From Candidatus Dojkabacteria bacterium (GTDB lineage: Bacteria > Patescibacteriota > Dojkabacteria > SC72 > JAHDCA01), in contig CP129478.1 of assembly GCA_030583845.1 (NCBI GenBank), positions 513,835 to 577,834 on the forward strand: a stretch of 64,000 nucleotides of DNA. The letters are read 5' to 3'. Every line of letters begins with the position of its first letter. Position 1 is the first letter of the stretch. The position numbers were made by a program, and so were the translations under genes. Below the pieces are notes generated by a model that did not search any database, was not told the DNA's origin, and saw only the letters and a list, made by a program, of their open reading frames with translations. Below, one piece after another: positions 54,713 through 64,000 of the stretch.

Positions 54713-57313
54713 ATGCTTTTAACTAGAGAAATGTTTATGTTGACTGTCCCACAAAATTCTCAATCGAATCTAGAGATCTACGCCTTTGATAATGATGGCG
54801 GCGTTTTGTCGCAGGTTGTCGGGCCATCTCCATCGAGTGAGGATGTTGAGAATAATGTCGACACGGTTTATCCGGATGATAGCTTTGCCCAAGAAAGCAA
54901 TGGAGCCGCTATCTTCACCTGGGTGCTGCTGGTGGTTTTCCTCCTGTTGCTTATCGGATCTGCGGCTGGACTGCTCTACCTTTACATGAACCAGCTGAAG
55001 CGAAAAGACCGCGAGCATAAGACGAAAGAGGGTGTACTGTTCGAGGTGAAAGTGCCACGAGGCAATGAAACTGAGGTAGGTGTGGCCGAATCGATGTTTG
55101 CAAACCTTTATGGAATAGGCGGAGTTGGCGACGGCATTAAGAAATATATGACAGTGAGCAACAGCATCAGCTTTGAGATTGTAGGATTACCAGGAGAAAT
55201 CCGCTTCTTCGTTTATGCGCCGAAGAAATTCGCTGACCTCGTTGAGAAGCAGATACTCGGCTCCTATCAGGATGCTGAGATTACAGTTATCGATGAGCAC
55301 AATATCTTCCACGACGATGCACAGGTTGCTTACGCACAGCTGGACATCACAGATGAGCGGTACTATCCGATAAAAGTTGCTGAAGATTTTAAAGGCGATC
55401 CAATTGCAAATATCCTCTCAACCATCAGCAAGATGGGCGACAAAGAGGGCGCAATGATACAGATTGTGATCTCTCCTGCAGGATCTAGCTGGCAGAAATC
55501 AGGACGCAAATTTGTATCCAGCGTTGAAAGCAACAATGCCGATCCCGAGAAGAAACGAATGAACGTCAGCCAGGAGCAGCTCCAGGCCATTTCAAAGAAG
55601 ACCAGCAAGATCGGCTTTAACACCGCTATTCGTATCGTCGCCAGCTCGCCAAATGTCGAGATCGCAAAAATGCACGTCAACAACATTATTGGTGCATTCG
55701 ACCAGTTCTCAAACCCTGGCATCAACAACCTAAAGAAAACCAAGATTCGCACCGGCGATGAGAAAGAGTTTATGCACAACGTAATCTATCGACGCATGCC
55801 GCTAAAGACCAAGACAGTCTTAAATATCGAAGAGCTCGCCTCAATCTACCACTACCCGAATCAGGAGGTGACCACTCCAAACATTAACTGGCTGCTCGCC
55901 AAAGAGGCTCCCGCCGCCAACTGGGTCAATTCAGATATCCAAGGCCGCGACACGATCTGGATAGGTAACAACTATTTCCGAGGGAATGTTCAGCCGATCT
56001 GTATGGCTCGTGAGGATCGAATGCGACACAGTTATGTAGTTGGACAGACAGGCTCGGGTAAGTCGTGGTTCCAGCTGCGCATGATTATGCAGGATATCTA
56101 TAATGGTGACGGTGTATGTGTAATGGATCCGCACGGCTCTTTGGCCGAAATGGTGCTAGAGAGGATTCCACATGAGCGAGCCGAAGATGTTATCTATTTC
56201 AATGTAGCCGACTTTGAGAGGCCACTAGGCTTCAACCTGATGGATTTCCAGAACGAGCAGGATAAGCACCGCGTGGTAAACGGATTTATCGGATTGCTAA
56301 AGAAGCTTTTCGACCCAAATGAGCAGGGTATTGTCGGTCCAATCCTCGAGCGTGCCGTCCGAAACGCTATGCTCACCGCAATGTCCGAAAAAGGCTCTAC
56401 GCTAGTTGAAGTTGTACGTATCCTGACCGACGAGAAATGGGTAAAGGAGAAGTGGCTCCCAATAATCCAGGACGACCTTGTAAAGCGATACTGGACCGAC
56501 CAGATAGCCAAGACTACCGAGCAGCAGAAATCAGAGACGCTCGGCTATATCGTCTCGAAATTTGACCGCTTCGTCACAAACTTGGCAATCCGCAACATCA
56601 TCGGCCAGTCCGAGTCATCATTTAATGTGCGTCAGGTAATGGACGAAGGTAAAATCCTTGTAATCAACCTCTCGAAAGGCTTGATCGGTGAGGAAAATGC
56701 ACAGTTCTTGGGTATGCTGGTGGTACCGAAGATTATGTCTGCTGCTTTGAGCCGTGAAGATCTGCCTGAAGATCAGAGGCGCGACTTCTTCTTCCACGTC
56801 GACGAGTTCCAGAACTTCGCAACAGAAGAGTTCGCAGGAATTCTCTCAGAGGCTCGTAAATATCGACTCTCGCTAAATGTCGCAAACCAGTATATCTCGC
56901 AGATGCCAGAGAAGGTGCGTGATGCTGTCTTCGGTAACGTCGGCTCAATGTTTATCGGCCGCGTTGGCGCTGAAGATGCAGAGTTCCTCCAGAAGCAGTT
57001 TGAGCCAACTTTAACCTCCAACGACCTGCTCAACCAGCCAAATATGCATTACTATGCCAAGATGCTCACGGATGGTAAGTATTCACCTCCATTCTCGCTC
57101 GACCCGAAGTATGGTCCGAAATTCCCAGAATCTGGCTTCAATCTACCGGTAAATCAAGATGTCGCGGAGCTTATCAAGAAGCTATCCCGATTGAAGTATG
57201 GCCGCGACGTAAACATTGTGGAGTCGGAGATGAATCAGCGAGCCGATCTTGCCGTAAACCCTGGTGCTCAATCGGACAATATGTCGGCGCCACCGCCGTT
57301 GTCGTTTAAGTAG
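54713..57313 (+). CDS. T4SS coupling-protein-like ATPase (VirD4/TraG/TraD family)
   Basis: N-terminal TM; Walker A VGQTGSGKSW; VMDPHGS; FFFHVDEFQNF; C-terminal ...ARKYRLSLNVANQYISQ... resembling TraG-D_C. Confidence 0.6.
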   Translation: MLLTREMFMLTVPQNSQSNLEIYAFDNDGGVLSQVVGPSPSSEDVENNVDTVYPDDSFAQESNGAAIFTWVLLVVFLLLLIGSAAGLLYLYMNQLKRKDREHKTKEGVLFEVKVPRGNETEVGVAESMFANLYGIGGVGDGIKKYMTVSNSISFEIVGLPGEIRFFVYAPKKFADLVEKQILGSYQDAEITVIDEHNIFHDDAQVAYAQLDITDERYYPIKVAEDFKGDPIANILSTISKMGDKEGAMIQIVISPAGSSWQKSGRKFVSSVESNNADPEKKRMNVSQEQLQAISKKTSKIGFNTAIRIVASSPNVEIAKMHVNNIIGAFDQFSNPGINNLKKTKIRTGDEKEFMHNVIYRRMPLKTKTVLNIEELASIYHYPNQEVTTPNINWLLAKEAPAANWVNSDIQGRDTIWIGNNYFRGNVQPICMAREDRMRHSYVVGQTGSGKSWFQLRMIMQDIYNGDGVCVMDPHGSLAEMVLERIPHERAEDVIYFNVADFERPLGFNLMDFQNEQDKHRVVNGFIGLLKKLFDPNEQGIVGPILERAVRNAMLTAMSEKGSTLVEVVRILTDEKWVKEKWLPIIQDDLVKRYWTDQIAKTTEQQKSETLGYIVSKFDRFVTNLAIRNIIGQSESSFNVRQVMDEGKILVINLSKGLIGEENAQFLGMLVVPKIMSAALSREDLPEDQRRDFFFHVDEFQNFATEEFAGILSEARKYRLSLNVANQYISQMPEKVRDAVFGNVGSMFIGRVGAEDAEFLQKQFEPTLTSNDLLNQPNMHYYAKMLTDGKYSPPFSLDPKYGPKFPESGFNLPVNQDVAELIKKLSRLKYGRDVNIVESEMNQRADLAVNPGAQSDNMSAPPPLSFK

Positions 57314-57436
57314 GGCCGCTAACTTATAGTGCGCGGTTGTGACTCGCACATAAAGCATTCTCAGGAAATCATTAAACGTGGATTGGAAATTTTACTATCG
57401 TACTTAACCTTCAGCGCACTATAAGTTAGCGGCCCT
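57312..57436. repeat. perfect 23-bp inverted repeat (AGGGCCGCTAACTTATAGTGCGC / GCGCACTATAAGTTAGCGGCCCT) flanking a 79-bp spacer between convergent genes
   Basis: Direct reading; the arms abut the stop codons of the VirD4-like gene and holA. Confidence 0.6.
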
Positions 57437-58376
57437 ACATTATCGCAATCAACAACGTCAGCCCAAGCTTCCCATCTATCTCGCCAGTTTTCATCTGGTA
57501 GTCGAGATTGGCCAATTTGTCATACAAGGTAAATAGCCTCTCATAGCTCGTGTCGTCGGCAGCTTTGACTAGGGCAGGGACAGTAAAAGGTGGGATTTTA
57601 AGCTCTTTGGCGATCGCTGAGCTGTCATATCCCTCGTCTCGTAGGCTCTTGCACAATAGAAGTGAGCGAGTATTGCGCACAATCATTGCTAAGATATAGA
57701 TCGGGTCGACTCGATTCTGAAATAGGTTCTCGAGGATCTCGATTGGCGGATAATCGTTGCGACCATTAATGCTGTCGATCAATGCCCAAATATCGCTCTC
57801 ATACGTATCGATAGCTGTATCTTTGATTAATTGAGCGGTGACAATCTTCTCTCCGGAAAGAGAGATCTTTTTTAGACTATTCATGAAGCGCTCTGGCTCG
57901 TAATTTGAGATTTCGGCAAGCGAGTAGAGTGTGGCTCTGTCAGCTTTTATATCGGGGTAATCCCGCTTGATCTCCTCGGCGGCCCAGCTCATAAACGATT
58001 GCTTGTTTAGTGGTGCAGATTCAAACGCCGCTTTCTGGTTGCCAAAAAATTTAAAAAACTTGGTGTTTGAGGCAATTTTCTGATCCTCCCACAAGATGGT
58101 GTTGCGACTCTCGTCCTCATTGCTTAGGAAATTCTTGAGCCTCTCAAAGAGCTGCTCTTTCTGCTTATTTCGGTAGAGGCGTTTGAGTAGGATGTTTTTG
58201 CCCGGCGAAAACATATCGACAGTCTCGCAGATTTTTATAATCTCGCCGGCATCAACTTTTTCGCAGTCCAGCACGACTTTCCCGAAATCGGGTCTCTCCT
58301 CGCAAAATTTCTGAAATGCACTCCTGGCTGCACGCAAGGATAGATAGCTCTCTTTGCCGTGATATAGCTGAAACAT
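57435..58376 (-). CDS. holA: DNA polymerase III delta subunit (HolA-like)
   Basis: N-terminal MFQLYHGKESYL, KNILLKRLY and overall about 313 aa helical organisation typical of delta subunit. Confidence 0.5.
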   Translation of the reverse strand: MFQLYHGKESYLSLRAARSAFQKFCEERPDFGKVVLDCEKVDAGEIIKICETVDMFSPGKNILLKRLYRNKQKEQLFERLKNFLSNEDESRNTILWEDQKIASNTKFFKFFGNQKAAFESAPLNKQSFMSWAAEEIKRDYPDIKADRATLYSLAEISNYEPERFMNSLKKISLSGEKIVTAQLIKDTAIDTYESDIWALIDSINGRNDYPPIEILENLFQNRVDPIYILAMIVRNTRSLLLCKSLRDEGYDSSAIAKELKIPPFTVPALVKAADDTSYERLFTLYDKLANLDYQMKTGEIDGKLGLTLLIAIM

Positions 58377-58399
58377 CTCTCCTTCTACGCTAAGCTATA

Positions 58400-59974
58400 T
58401 TAATTGGGCTGTGCCTCACTCTCGGTCGTGGCTGACGCAGTGGCCGGATCTGTCGCTAGCATGATTGATACATGCTCATTATAAAGCTTGGTCGTAACAA
58501 ATGCAGGCTTCTCTGTATTGGTGATGTTTAGATGCTGTTTAAATACCTCAAAAGTAGCGGTCATTTTCTCACTCTCATTATTATAGAAGATACTATTTTC
58601 TGTTTGGTCATTCCTCAATGTGCCGGCAAAGACGATTGCATTAAACGGATACTGCTTCTGGAGGTCGGTTGCGACCTTCTGAGTTGCAGCATAGCCGAGC
58701 CCGACGTCATAAACATACACGATAGATTTCTCAGAAAGGAATGCAGGATTCTCCATTACCAAGTCTACATATGTGTGGATATCGTCATACTTGCCAAGCC
58801 CAAGTCTTGGTCCAATTGCATAGATATTCTCGGCAACACCAGTCTTGACCAATTTTGAATTGCCAACAGAAGGGTCAAGTACAAATGAGTAGCTGTTGCT
58901 CGCTTTTAGCTCATCGGCAAGTGCAAGTGCGGCCTTCACCTCGTCAAGCGAGTAATCTGAAATCACTGTATTTTTGCTCAACGATTGTGCAATGCTCAGA
59001 ACTTTATCCGGATTGAGCAGTGTCTCAGAAGATAGTACCTTATCCATCACGGCGTTGATAACTTTCTGCTGCCTTCTGGCACGAGCGTAGTCAGAGCCCT
59101 CTGGTCCCTGTGCTTTACGCGATCTTGCATACTTAAGTGCGGTCTCTGCATCCATAGTTTGTGGGCCTTCGGTAAATTTCACTGTGACATATGGAGGATT
59201 TGAGCCTTTTGGGTTTGGATATTGATAGTCAGTGAAGCTATTGTCTACATAAACATCAACTCCGCCAACGATATCGATTACCTCCTTAAATCCACCGAGA
59301 TCGACCATCCCGTAATATTGGATCTCAACTCCAAGCAGATCTTCAACAGATGTGACGAGAGCCGGGAGTCCAGTACCCTCAGTTTGTGCTTCGTATCTAT
59401 TGTAGATGCTGTTGATTTTCACATACCACTTCTCACCAGGGATGCCCGCGTAGAAGTCGCGGGGGATTGAGAACATCACAATATCGTTGGTCTCATAATT
59501 GTACGAAACCAAGATGATAGTATCTGTGTTTTGTAGGCCGTCGCTATATTCTCGCGTGTCTTTACCGACAATCAAGATATTGGTATAGCCACCTGTGCTA
59601 TCTTTCTTTAGTTCAGGCTCCTTGCCGATCGTAGTGACGGTAGAGATAGTATCAATAACTGTGAGGTCGAGCCCTGCGCCTTTTGCCAGCTGTTTTGCGC
59701 TAAACCATATCCCACTGATTGAGAGTACGAAGATAAGTAGTGGGAGCATTTTATAGGCAGCTCGGAAAAGCTTCGATTGACCCAATGGTTTCTTCACACC
59801 TTTGTTTCTCTGTGGTGCGTTTGGCGTCTTCTGCTCAACAGTTGGCCTTACTTCTACTTCATTAGCATTTTGCTTCTGAAGTGACCCGTTCAGGGTGATC
59901 TTGGTGTTGCTCTTCTCTGGTGGTGCTACTGGCTTCGGTGTTGTTTTGGAGTCGGAAAGATTTAGATTTACCAT
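58400..59974 (-). CDS. LytR-CpsA-Psr (LCP) family cell-envelope phosphotransferase
   Basis: NTDTIILVSYNYETNDIVMFSIPRDFY...KINSIYN...DLGGFKEVIDIVGGVDVYVD; N-terminal TM. Confidence 0.8.
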   Translation of the reverse strand: MVNLNLSDSKTTPKPVAPPEKSNTKITLNGSLQKQNANEVEVRPTVEQKTPNAPQRNKGVKKPLGQSKLFRAAYKMLPLLIFVLSISGIWFSAKQLAKGAGLDLTVIDTISTVTTIGKEPELKKDSTGGYTNILIVGKDTREYSDGLQNTDTIILVSYNYETNDIVMFSIPRDFYAGIPGEKWYVKINSIYNRYEAQTEGTGLPALVTSVEDLLGVEIQYYGMVDLGGFKEVIDIVGGVDVYVDNSFTDYQYPNPKGSNPPYVTVKFTEGPQTMDAETALKYARSRKAQGPEGSDYARARRQQKVINAVMDKVLSSETLLNPDKVLSIAQSLSKNTVISDYSLDEVKAALALADELKASNSYSFVLDPSVGNSKLVKTGVAENIYAIGPRLGLGKYDDIHTYVDLVMENPAFLSEKSIVYVYDVGLGYAATQKVATDLQKQYPFNAIVFAGTLRNDQTENSIFYNNESEKMTATFEVFKQHLNITNTEKPAFVTTKLYNEHVSIMLATDPATASATTESEAQPN

Positions 59975-59987
59975 AGCTTAATACGTT

Positions 59988-61052
59988 TTATTGAAGATAG
60001 TTACGAATATTTTCGTTATGCTCAGCCAAAGTCCTTGCTGGATACATTACATTATTTTCGTCATGAATGTAATAGTAATACAGGGTATTTTCAGGATTTT
60101 GCGCGGCTTGTAGTGATGAGAGACCAGGATTGCAGATAGGGGTAGGGGTAAGCCCAAGTCTTGTTCGTGTATTGTATGGATGGTCCTCTTCAAGATCTTG
60201 GAAGGTCAATTCGTACTGCCAGTCACCATGGTAGTAAAGGTTCGCTGCATCTATACCTAGGAACCACCCCTCATCAACACGCTTCTGGATAATATCTGAA
60301 ATAATATATCGCTGCTCTTCGGTTTTTGCCTCGCGCTCAATTAAGCTGGCAACAATAAGCTCTTCATAGCTGTAGTTCCCACCTGTTTTAGTCTTGAAAT
60401 TCGCCACCATACTCTCAATTACCTGCTCGGTTGTGGCTTCTACCGAGAAGAGGTACTTATCTGGGAAGAGGTATCCTTCTAATGTGGTGGCAGGGGAGAG
60501 TCCAAGCTGTGCGATATATGTCGGATCATCAAAATAGTCTATAAATAATGCCTTATCAAACTGTGCAACTTCATATCCAGCAAACTGTTCCTCAACAATA
60601 TCAGCTATCTCATCATATCTCTTCCCCTCGGGCACTGTTACCCATACAGAAGGGATTCCTGCATCCTGTAGTGCCGCAGCAAGCTCTTTGACTGAGAGGT
60701 TCTTTGCTAATTCAAATTGACCTGCCTGAAGCTTTGGCGCCAAGTCATTTAGCTGAAGGTATGCTAGGAAATAAAGCTTTCGTTCTGGTTGAAGTAGCTC
60801 AAGAGATATAAGCGCATCTACAATTTCTTCTGGGGTATCTCCTGGATCAACGATAAAAATAATTTTCTCTGATGATGCTGAGTTAGCAGCCTCGATCTCC
60901 TGGTTATACTTACCCTGTACAAGAATAAACGCAGTTGCTCCGACAAGTAATACTAATAGTAGAAATGCTAAAAATGCTTTGAACGGCGAGCGCTTCTTAC
61001 TCGTCGGTGGTTGTTGGCGTATGTTGTTTGGCTTGAAGGCGCTGTTCTGCAT
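59988..61052 (-). CDS. mltG: endolytic murein transglycosylase MltG (YceG-like)
   Basis: N-terminal TM, C-terminal HPYNTRTRLGLTPTPICNPGLSSLQAAQNP motif. Confidence 0.8.
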   Translation of the reverse strand: MQNSAFKPNNIRQQPPTSKKRSPFKAFLAFLLLVLLVGATAFILVQGKYNQEIEAANSASSEKIIFIVDPGDTPEEIVDALISLELLQPERKLYFLAYLQLNDLAPKLQAGQFELAKNLSVKELAAALQDAGIPSVWVTVPEGKRYDEIADIVEEQFAGYEVAQFDKALFIDYFDDPTYIAQLGLSPATTLEGYLFPDKYLFSVEATTEQVIESMVANFKTKTGGNYSYEELIVASLIEREAKTEEQRYIISDIIQKRVDEGWFLGIDAANLYYHGDWQYELTFQDLEEDHPYNTRTRLGLTPTPICNPGLSSLQAAQNPENTLYYYYIHDENNVMYPARTLAEHNENIRNYLQ

Positions 61053-61512
61053 CTAAATATTCCTTAAGAAAATTGGCCGCAGCCAAAGAATCTATTTTAT
61101 CCTTATATTTTTTACGAGATTGACCTAATGATAGTAACATATTTTGCGCCCCCTTTGTAGAAAAGCTTTCATCAAAAAACGCCGTATCTAGTGGTGTTTT
61201 ATCTCTAATTGCCGCTGCAAAGTGCTCGATCTTTTCGCGGATCTCCTCGTGGCTAGCAACAAATGCCTGTGGTAAGCCGATTAGGAGGCTTTTCACCCTA
61301 TATTTCTCAGCTGCAGCAAGCAGCTCCGTGATTACCAACTCCTCGCTCTTATTTCGCGTGATGTGGATAACTGGCAAAGGACTTGCAATGAGTCCTTTGC
61401 TATCACTGACCGCAAGTCCGATCCGCTTGCTGCCATAATCAATTGCCAATATAGGTTTTTCTAATGTAGTACTGTTATTCAAGGATTGCTTTAATACGTT
61501 TAATTCCGGCAC
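60997..61512 (-). CDS. ruvX: Holliday-junction resolvase-like RuvX/YqgF
   Basis: ILAIDYGSKRIGLAVSD RNase-H-like opening; true start may be an internal non-ATG codon. Confidence 0.75.
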   Translation of the reverse strand: MPELNVLKQSLNNSTTLEKPILAIDYGSKRIGLAVSDSKGLIASPLPVIHITRNKSEELVITELLAAAEKYRVKSLLIGLPQAFVASHEEIREKIEHFAAAIRDKTPLDTAFFDESFSTKGAQNMLLSLGQSRKKYKDKIDSLAAANFLKEYLDAEQRLQAKQHTPTTTDE

Positions 61513-63280
61513 CTACATTCTCCTGCTTTACAATCTTAAATCTGCCAAGCTCTCTGGTATTGCTGACATGTGGCCCATTGCAGATCTCTACAGAGAATGG
61601 TGTTTCTTTGCCACCCATCCAGTATACCTTAACCATCTCGCCATATCGCTCAGAAAATGCAGCGTACGGTACTAGCTCCAACGCCTTATCCTTCGGCATC
61701 TCTTCCCAGGTAACCTCAAGCCCTGCTTCGATCTGGGCGTTCACCATCTCTTCAACTCTCTTGATCTGCTCATTGGTGAGCTTCTCATCATTTGGGAAAT
61801 CCAATCTTAGTCGATCTGGAGTAATGTTGCTTCCTTTCTGATAGATATGATCTCCGAGAGTTTTATACAGTGCCGCCAGGAGCAGGTGAGTGGCTGTGTG
61901 GAGCTTTGTGCTACCCTCTGAGGTGTCTGCGAGACCTCCCTTGAACATACCCTTGGCTGCTGTTCGCGACTTGCTCTGATGCTCCTCATAGGCTTTGTTG
62001 TGATTAGCCCAGAATGTCTCCTCGTTGACCTCGATACCACGAGTGCTCAGCTCTTCTAGAAGCATCTCTGGTGGGAATCCATATGTCTCGTAAAGCTTGA
62101 ATGAAGCTCCATCTTCGTTGGTAAAAACTTTTTCACCGTTCTTGGTAAGACCTTCCACTTCACGCAACCCTTTTTCGACTGTCAGGTTGAATTTTCGTTC
62201 CTCCTCCTCGAGGATATTTAGGATCTCATCTTTTCTTGGCTCTAAGTTTTCATGCACTGGCTTGAACTGCTCAATAGCTACCTCACCGACTTTTCGGGTG
62301 AATTCACCCTCTATGCCAAGCTTTCGCCCGTGCCTGATTGCCCGGCGGATCAACCGCCTCAAGATATACTCGCGCTGCGTCCTACCTGGCACCACACCAT
62401 CCGCAATCATCCAGGTTGCCGCTTTGATATGGTCAACGATTATCCGGATCGAGTTTTCGATATCGTTGCTTGCAAGCTCTTTAACCTGATCATAGATCGG
62501 CTTGTAAATATCTACCTGGTACACATTATCCACGCCCTGCAAGATCATAGCGATACGATCCAAGCCACCGCCAAAGTCTACATTATGTCTGCCCAGCGGT
62601 TTATACTCTCCACCCTCTTTCAGGTACTGCATGAACACATTATTGCCGATCTCTACATACTTCACTCCGTCGCTTGCCACGTTGCTATCCTCGACCGTTG
62701 GCTCTACACCCATGTCGTAGAACATCTCGCTGTCAGGTCCACATGGGCCACCACCATCTAGCTCCCACCAGTTCTCAGACTTCGGATGTGGCTGAATTCT
62801 CTGATCTCTGCCAACTTGTGCATCGATGCCATAATCAGCAAACACTTTCTTCCAGATCTCGACAGCATCTTCATCCATAGGCACGTCTTCATTGCCTTCG
62901 AACACTGACACATATATCTTGTTGATATCGAATCCTAGCTTATCCACATAGTAGCCAACCGAGATCTTGATGGCCTCCTCTTTGAAATAGTCATTGAGCG
63001 ACCAGTTCCCGATCATCTCAAAAGCTGTGAGGTGAGAGTGATCGCCGACCTCCTCAATATCGATAGTCCTGATGCATCTCTGTACATCCGCCAATCTTGT
63101 CCCTTCAGGATGGGCCTCGCCAAGCAGAAAAGGCACCAATGGAAACATACCCGAATTTACAAATAGCACTGTGGGGTCATTCTCCGGCACCAGCGATGCG
63201 GATGGGATGATGGCATGACCATGCTCTTTTAAATGGTCGAGATATAGCTGCCTTGCTTCTAGGTATGTAAGGCTTTTCAT
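61475..63280 (-). CDS. alaS: alanine--tRNA ligase, short form lacking C-Ala domain
   Basis: NDPTVLFVNSGMFPLVPFLLG, QRCIRTIDIEEVGDHSHLTAFEMIGNWSLNDYFK, editing-domain HTATHLL and CNGPHV; ends after the editing domain (601 aa). Confidence 0.85.
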   Translation of the reverse strand: MKSLTYLEARQLYLDHLKEHGHAIIPSASLVPENDPTVLFVNSGMFPLVPFLLGEAHPEGTRLADVQRCIRTIDIEEVGDHSHLTAFEMIGNWSLNDYFKEEAIKISVGYYVDKLGFDINKIYVSVFEGNEDVPMDEDAVEIWKKVFADYGIDAQVGRDQRIQPHPKSENWWELDGGGPCGPDSEMFYDMGVEPTVEDSNVASDGVKYVEIGNNVFMQYLKEGGEYKPLGRHNVDFGGGLDRIAMILQGVDNVYQVDIYKPIYDQVKELASNDIENSIRIIVDHIKAATWMIADGVVPGRTQREYILRRLIRRAIRHGRKLGIEGEFTRKVGEVAIEQFKPVHENLEPRKDEILNILEEEERKFNLTVEKGLREVEGLTKNGEKVFTNEDGASFKLYETYGFPPEMLLEELSTRGIEVNEETFWANHNKAYEEHQSKSRTAAKGMFKGGLADTSEGSTKLHTATHLLLAALYKTLGDHIYQKGSNITPDRLRLDFPNDEKLTNEQIKRVEEMVNAQIEAGLEVTWEEMPKDKALELVPYAAFSERYGEMVKVYWMGGKETPFSVEICNGPHVSNTRELGRFKIVKQENVGAGIKRIKAILE

Positions 63281-63335
63281 ATGTCTTAATGTATTCTTTC
63301 GATAAATTTAGCTTTGTCTGCGCCCGATCAGAGAT

Positions 63336-63359
63336 CGCTCAGACCCGATCGGGTCTGAG
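63336..63359. repeat. second exact copy of 24-bp palindrome GCTCAGACCCGATCGGGTCTGAGC with adjacent related arms
   Basis: Identical to 24645-24668; lies upstream of alaS. Confidence 0.6.
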
Positions 63360-63698
63360 CACTTCGGGTCTGACCCGACCCGAGGGCAAATAAAAACCGC
63401 CCTTCTCACATGCAAAACGTCTGCAATTCAGACACCTCGCATATAATAAGGACGGTTGTTACCGTGGTACCACCTTAATTTCCATCTATGTTGCCACAGA
63501 TGACTTATCAACTGATTTCAAACCAGTCCTCTATATTTTGTAGCTACATTTAGAGTTGTGTATCTAGTCGGGTGTTTCTCCTTATGAGAGGTCACTTTCC
63601 TAGCTCGCTCACAGTTGGCCAGACCGAAGTCCTCTTACTGATCTGCGCGATCTACAGGGGTAATTCTATTGGAATGACGGCCTAATGTCAATTTTCGC

Positions 63699-64000
63699 CT
63701 AGAAGCGAGGCGGTTGAGGCTGGGCTGGATTTGAAGGCTGTGAGGTAGAGGCTGTTGGCGTGACTGATGGTGGAGCTGGCTGAGTAGGTGTAGTAGTTGT
63801 GACAGGTGTGGTTGTGGAAGCTGTTGGAGGTGTTGCCGGCGAAGCTGCAGCGACAGGTGGTGTAGAAGCTCCAAAAGAAGCGTTGTTTACGGTAGATGTC
63901 GGCTGTGTGTTTGTAGGCACAGGAGCTGGGGTATTAGGCCTGGCAGCGCTGCTGACTGATACCGGAGCTGGTGCAGGCGTGGCTACCGGAGCATTGGTTG
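63699..64000 (-). CDS. C-terminal end of a Pro/Thr/Ala-rich low-complexity protein (ORF open at window end)
   Basis: Minus-strand frame open from base 64000 to stop at 63699; composition PTASTTTPVTTTTPTQPAPP. Confidence 0.35.
   Translation of the reverse strand, partial: TNAPVATPAPAPVSVSSAARPNTPAPVPTNTQPTSTVNNASFGASTPPVAAASPATPPTASTTTPVTTTTPTQPAPPSVTPTASTSQPSNPAQPQPPRF

Noticed and set aside
63635-63874. 79-aa minus-strand ORF with LHHLSLQLRRQHLQ-type sequence
   Set aside because: Alternative frame of the Pro/Thr-rich partial CDS; repetitive codon composition creates open frames in several phases; the P/T-rich frame, open to the window end, was preferred
1-64000. rRNA genes, CRISPR arrays, integrase/transposase genes
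   Set aside because: No 16S/23S-like conserved stretches, no regularly spaced direct repeats, and no tyrosine/serine recombinase or DDE motifs recognised in any ORF

Overview
This is a coding-dense chromosomal segment of about 64 kb with moderate GC content, judged by eye. The gene content is typical of a small-genome bacterium with a Gram-positive-like envelope: an LCP protein, an LPXTG-like sorting signal, cohesin/dockerin proteins and a short AlaRS lacking the C-Ala domain. That is compatible with a Patescibacteria/CPR (Saccharibacteria-like) organism, but this is inference only. Recognisable housekeeping genes are alaS, ruvX, mltG, an LCP ligase, holA, smpB, a tmRNA gene (ssrA), greA, nfo, ogg, an RlmB-like methyltransferase, an ECF sigma factor, tRNA-Ser(GCT), an M23 peptidase, an M29 aminopeptidase and a UvrD-type helicase-nuclease. 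The most notable accessory content is a dispersed type IV secretion (T4SS)-like gene set between about 35.8 and 57.3 kb. It comprises a Gram-positive-type VirB4 ATPase, a PrgI/VirB3-like membrane protein, a VirD4/TraG-like coupling ATPase, five tandem VirB2/TrbC-like pilin paralogs, a coiled-coil SpoIID-domain cell-wall hydrolase and cohesin-like surface proteins, one with an LPETA sorting signal. Other points of interest are an ECF sigma factor next to a giant alpha-2-macroglobulin-like surface protein with an anti-sigma-like N-terminus and an internal frameshift, and a Lon-like AAA protein with no protease domain. There is also an AAA ATPase carrying a C-terminal OmpR-type winged helix. Several families of GC-rich palindromic repeats occur between genes, and one copy lies inside a CDS. 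A short region at about 9.1-10.8 kb looks degraded or pseudogenised. I saw no rRNA, no CRISPR array and no clear integrase or transposase.
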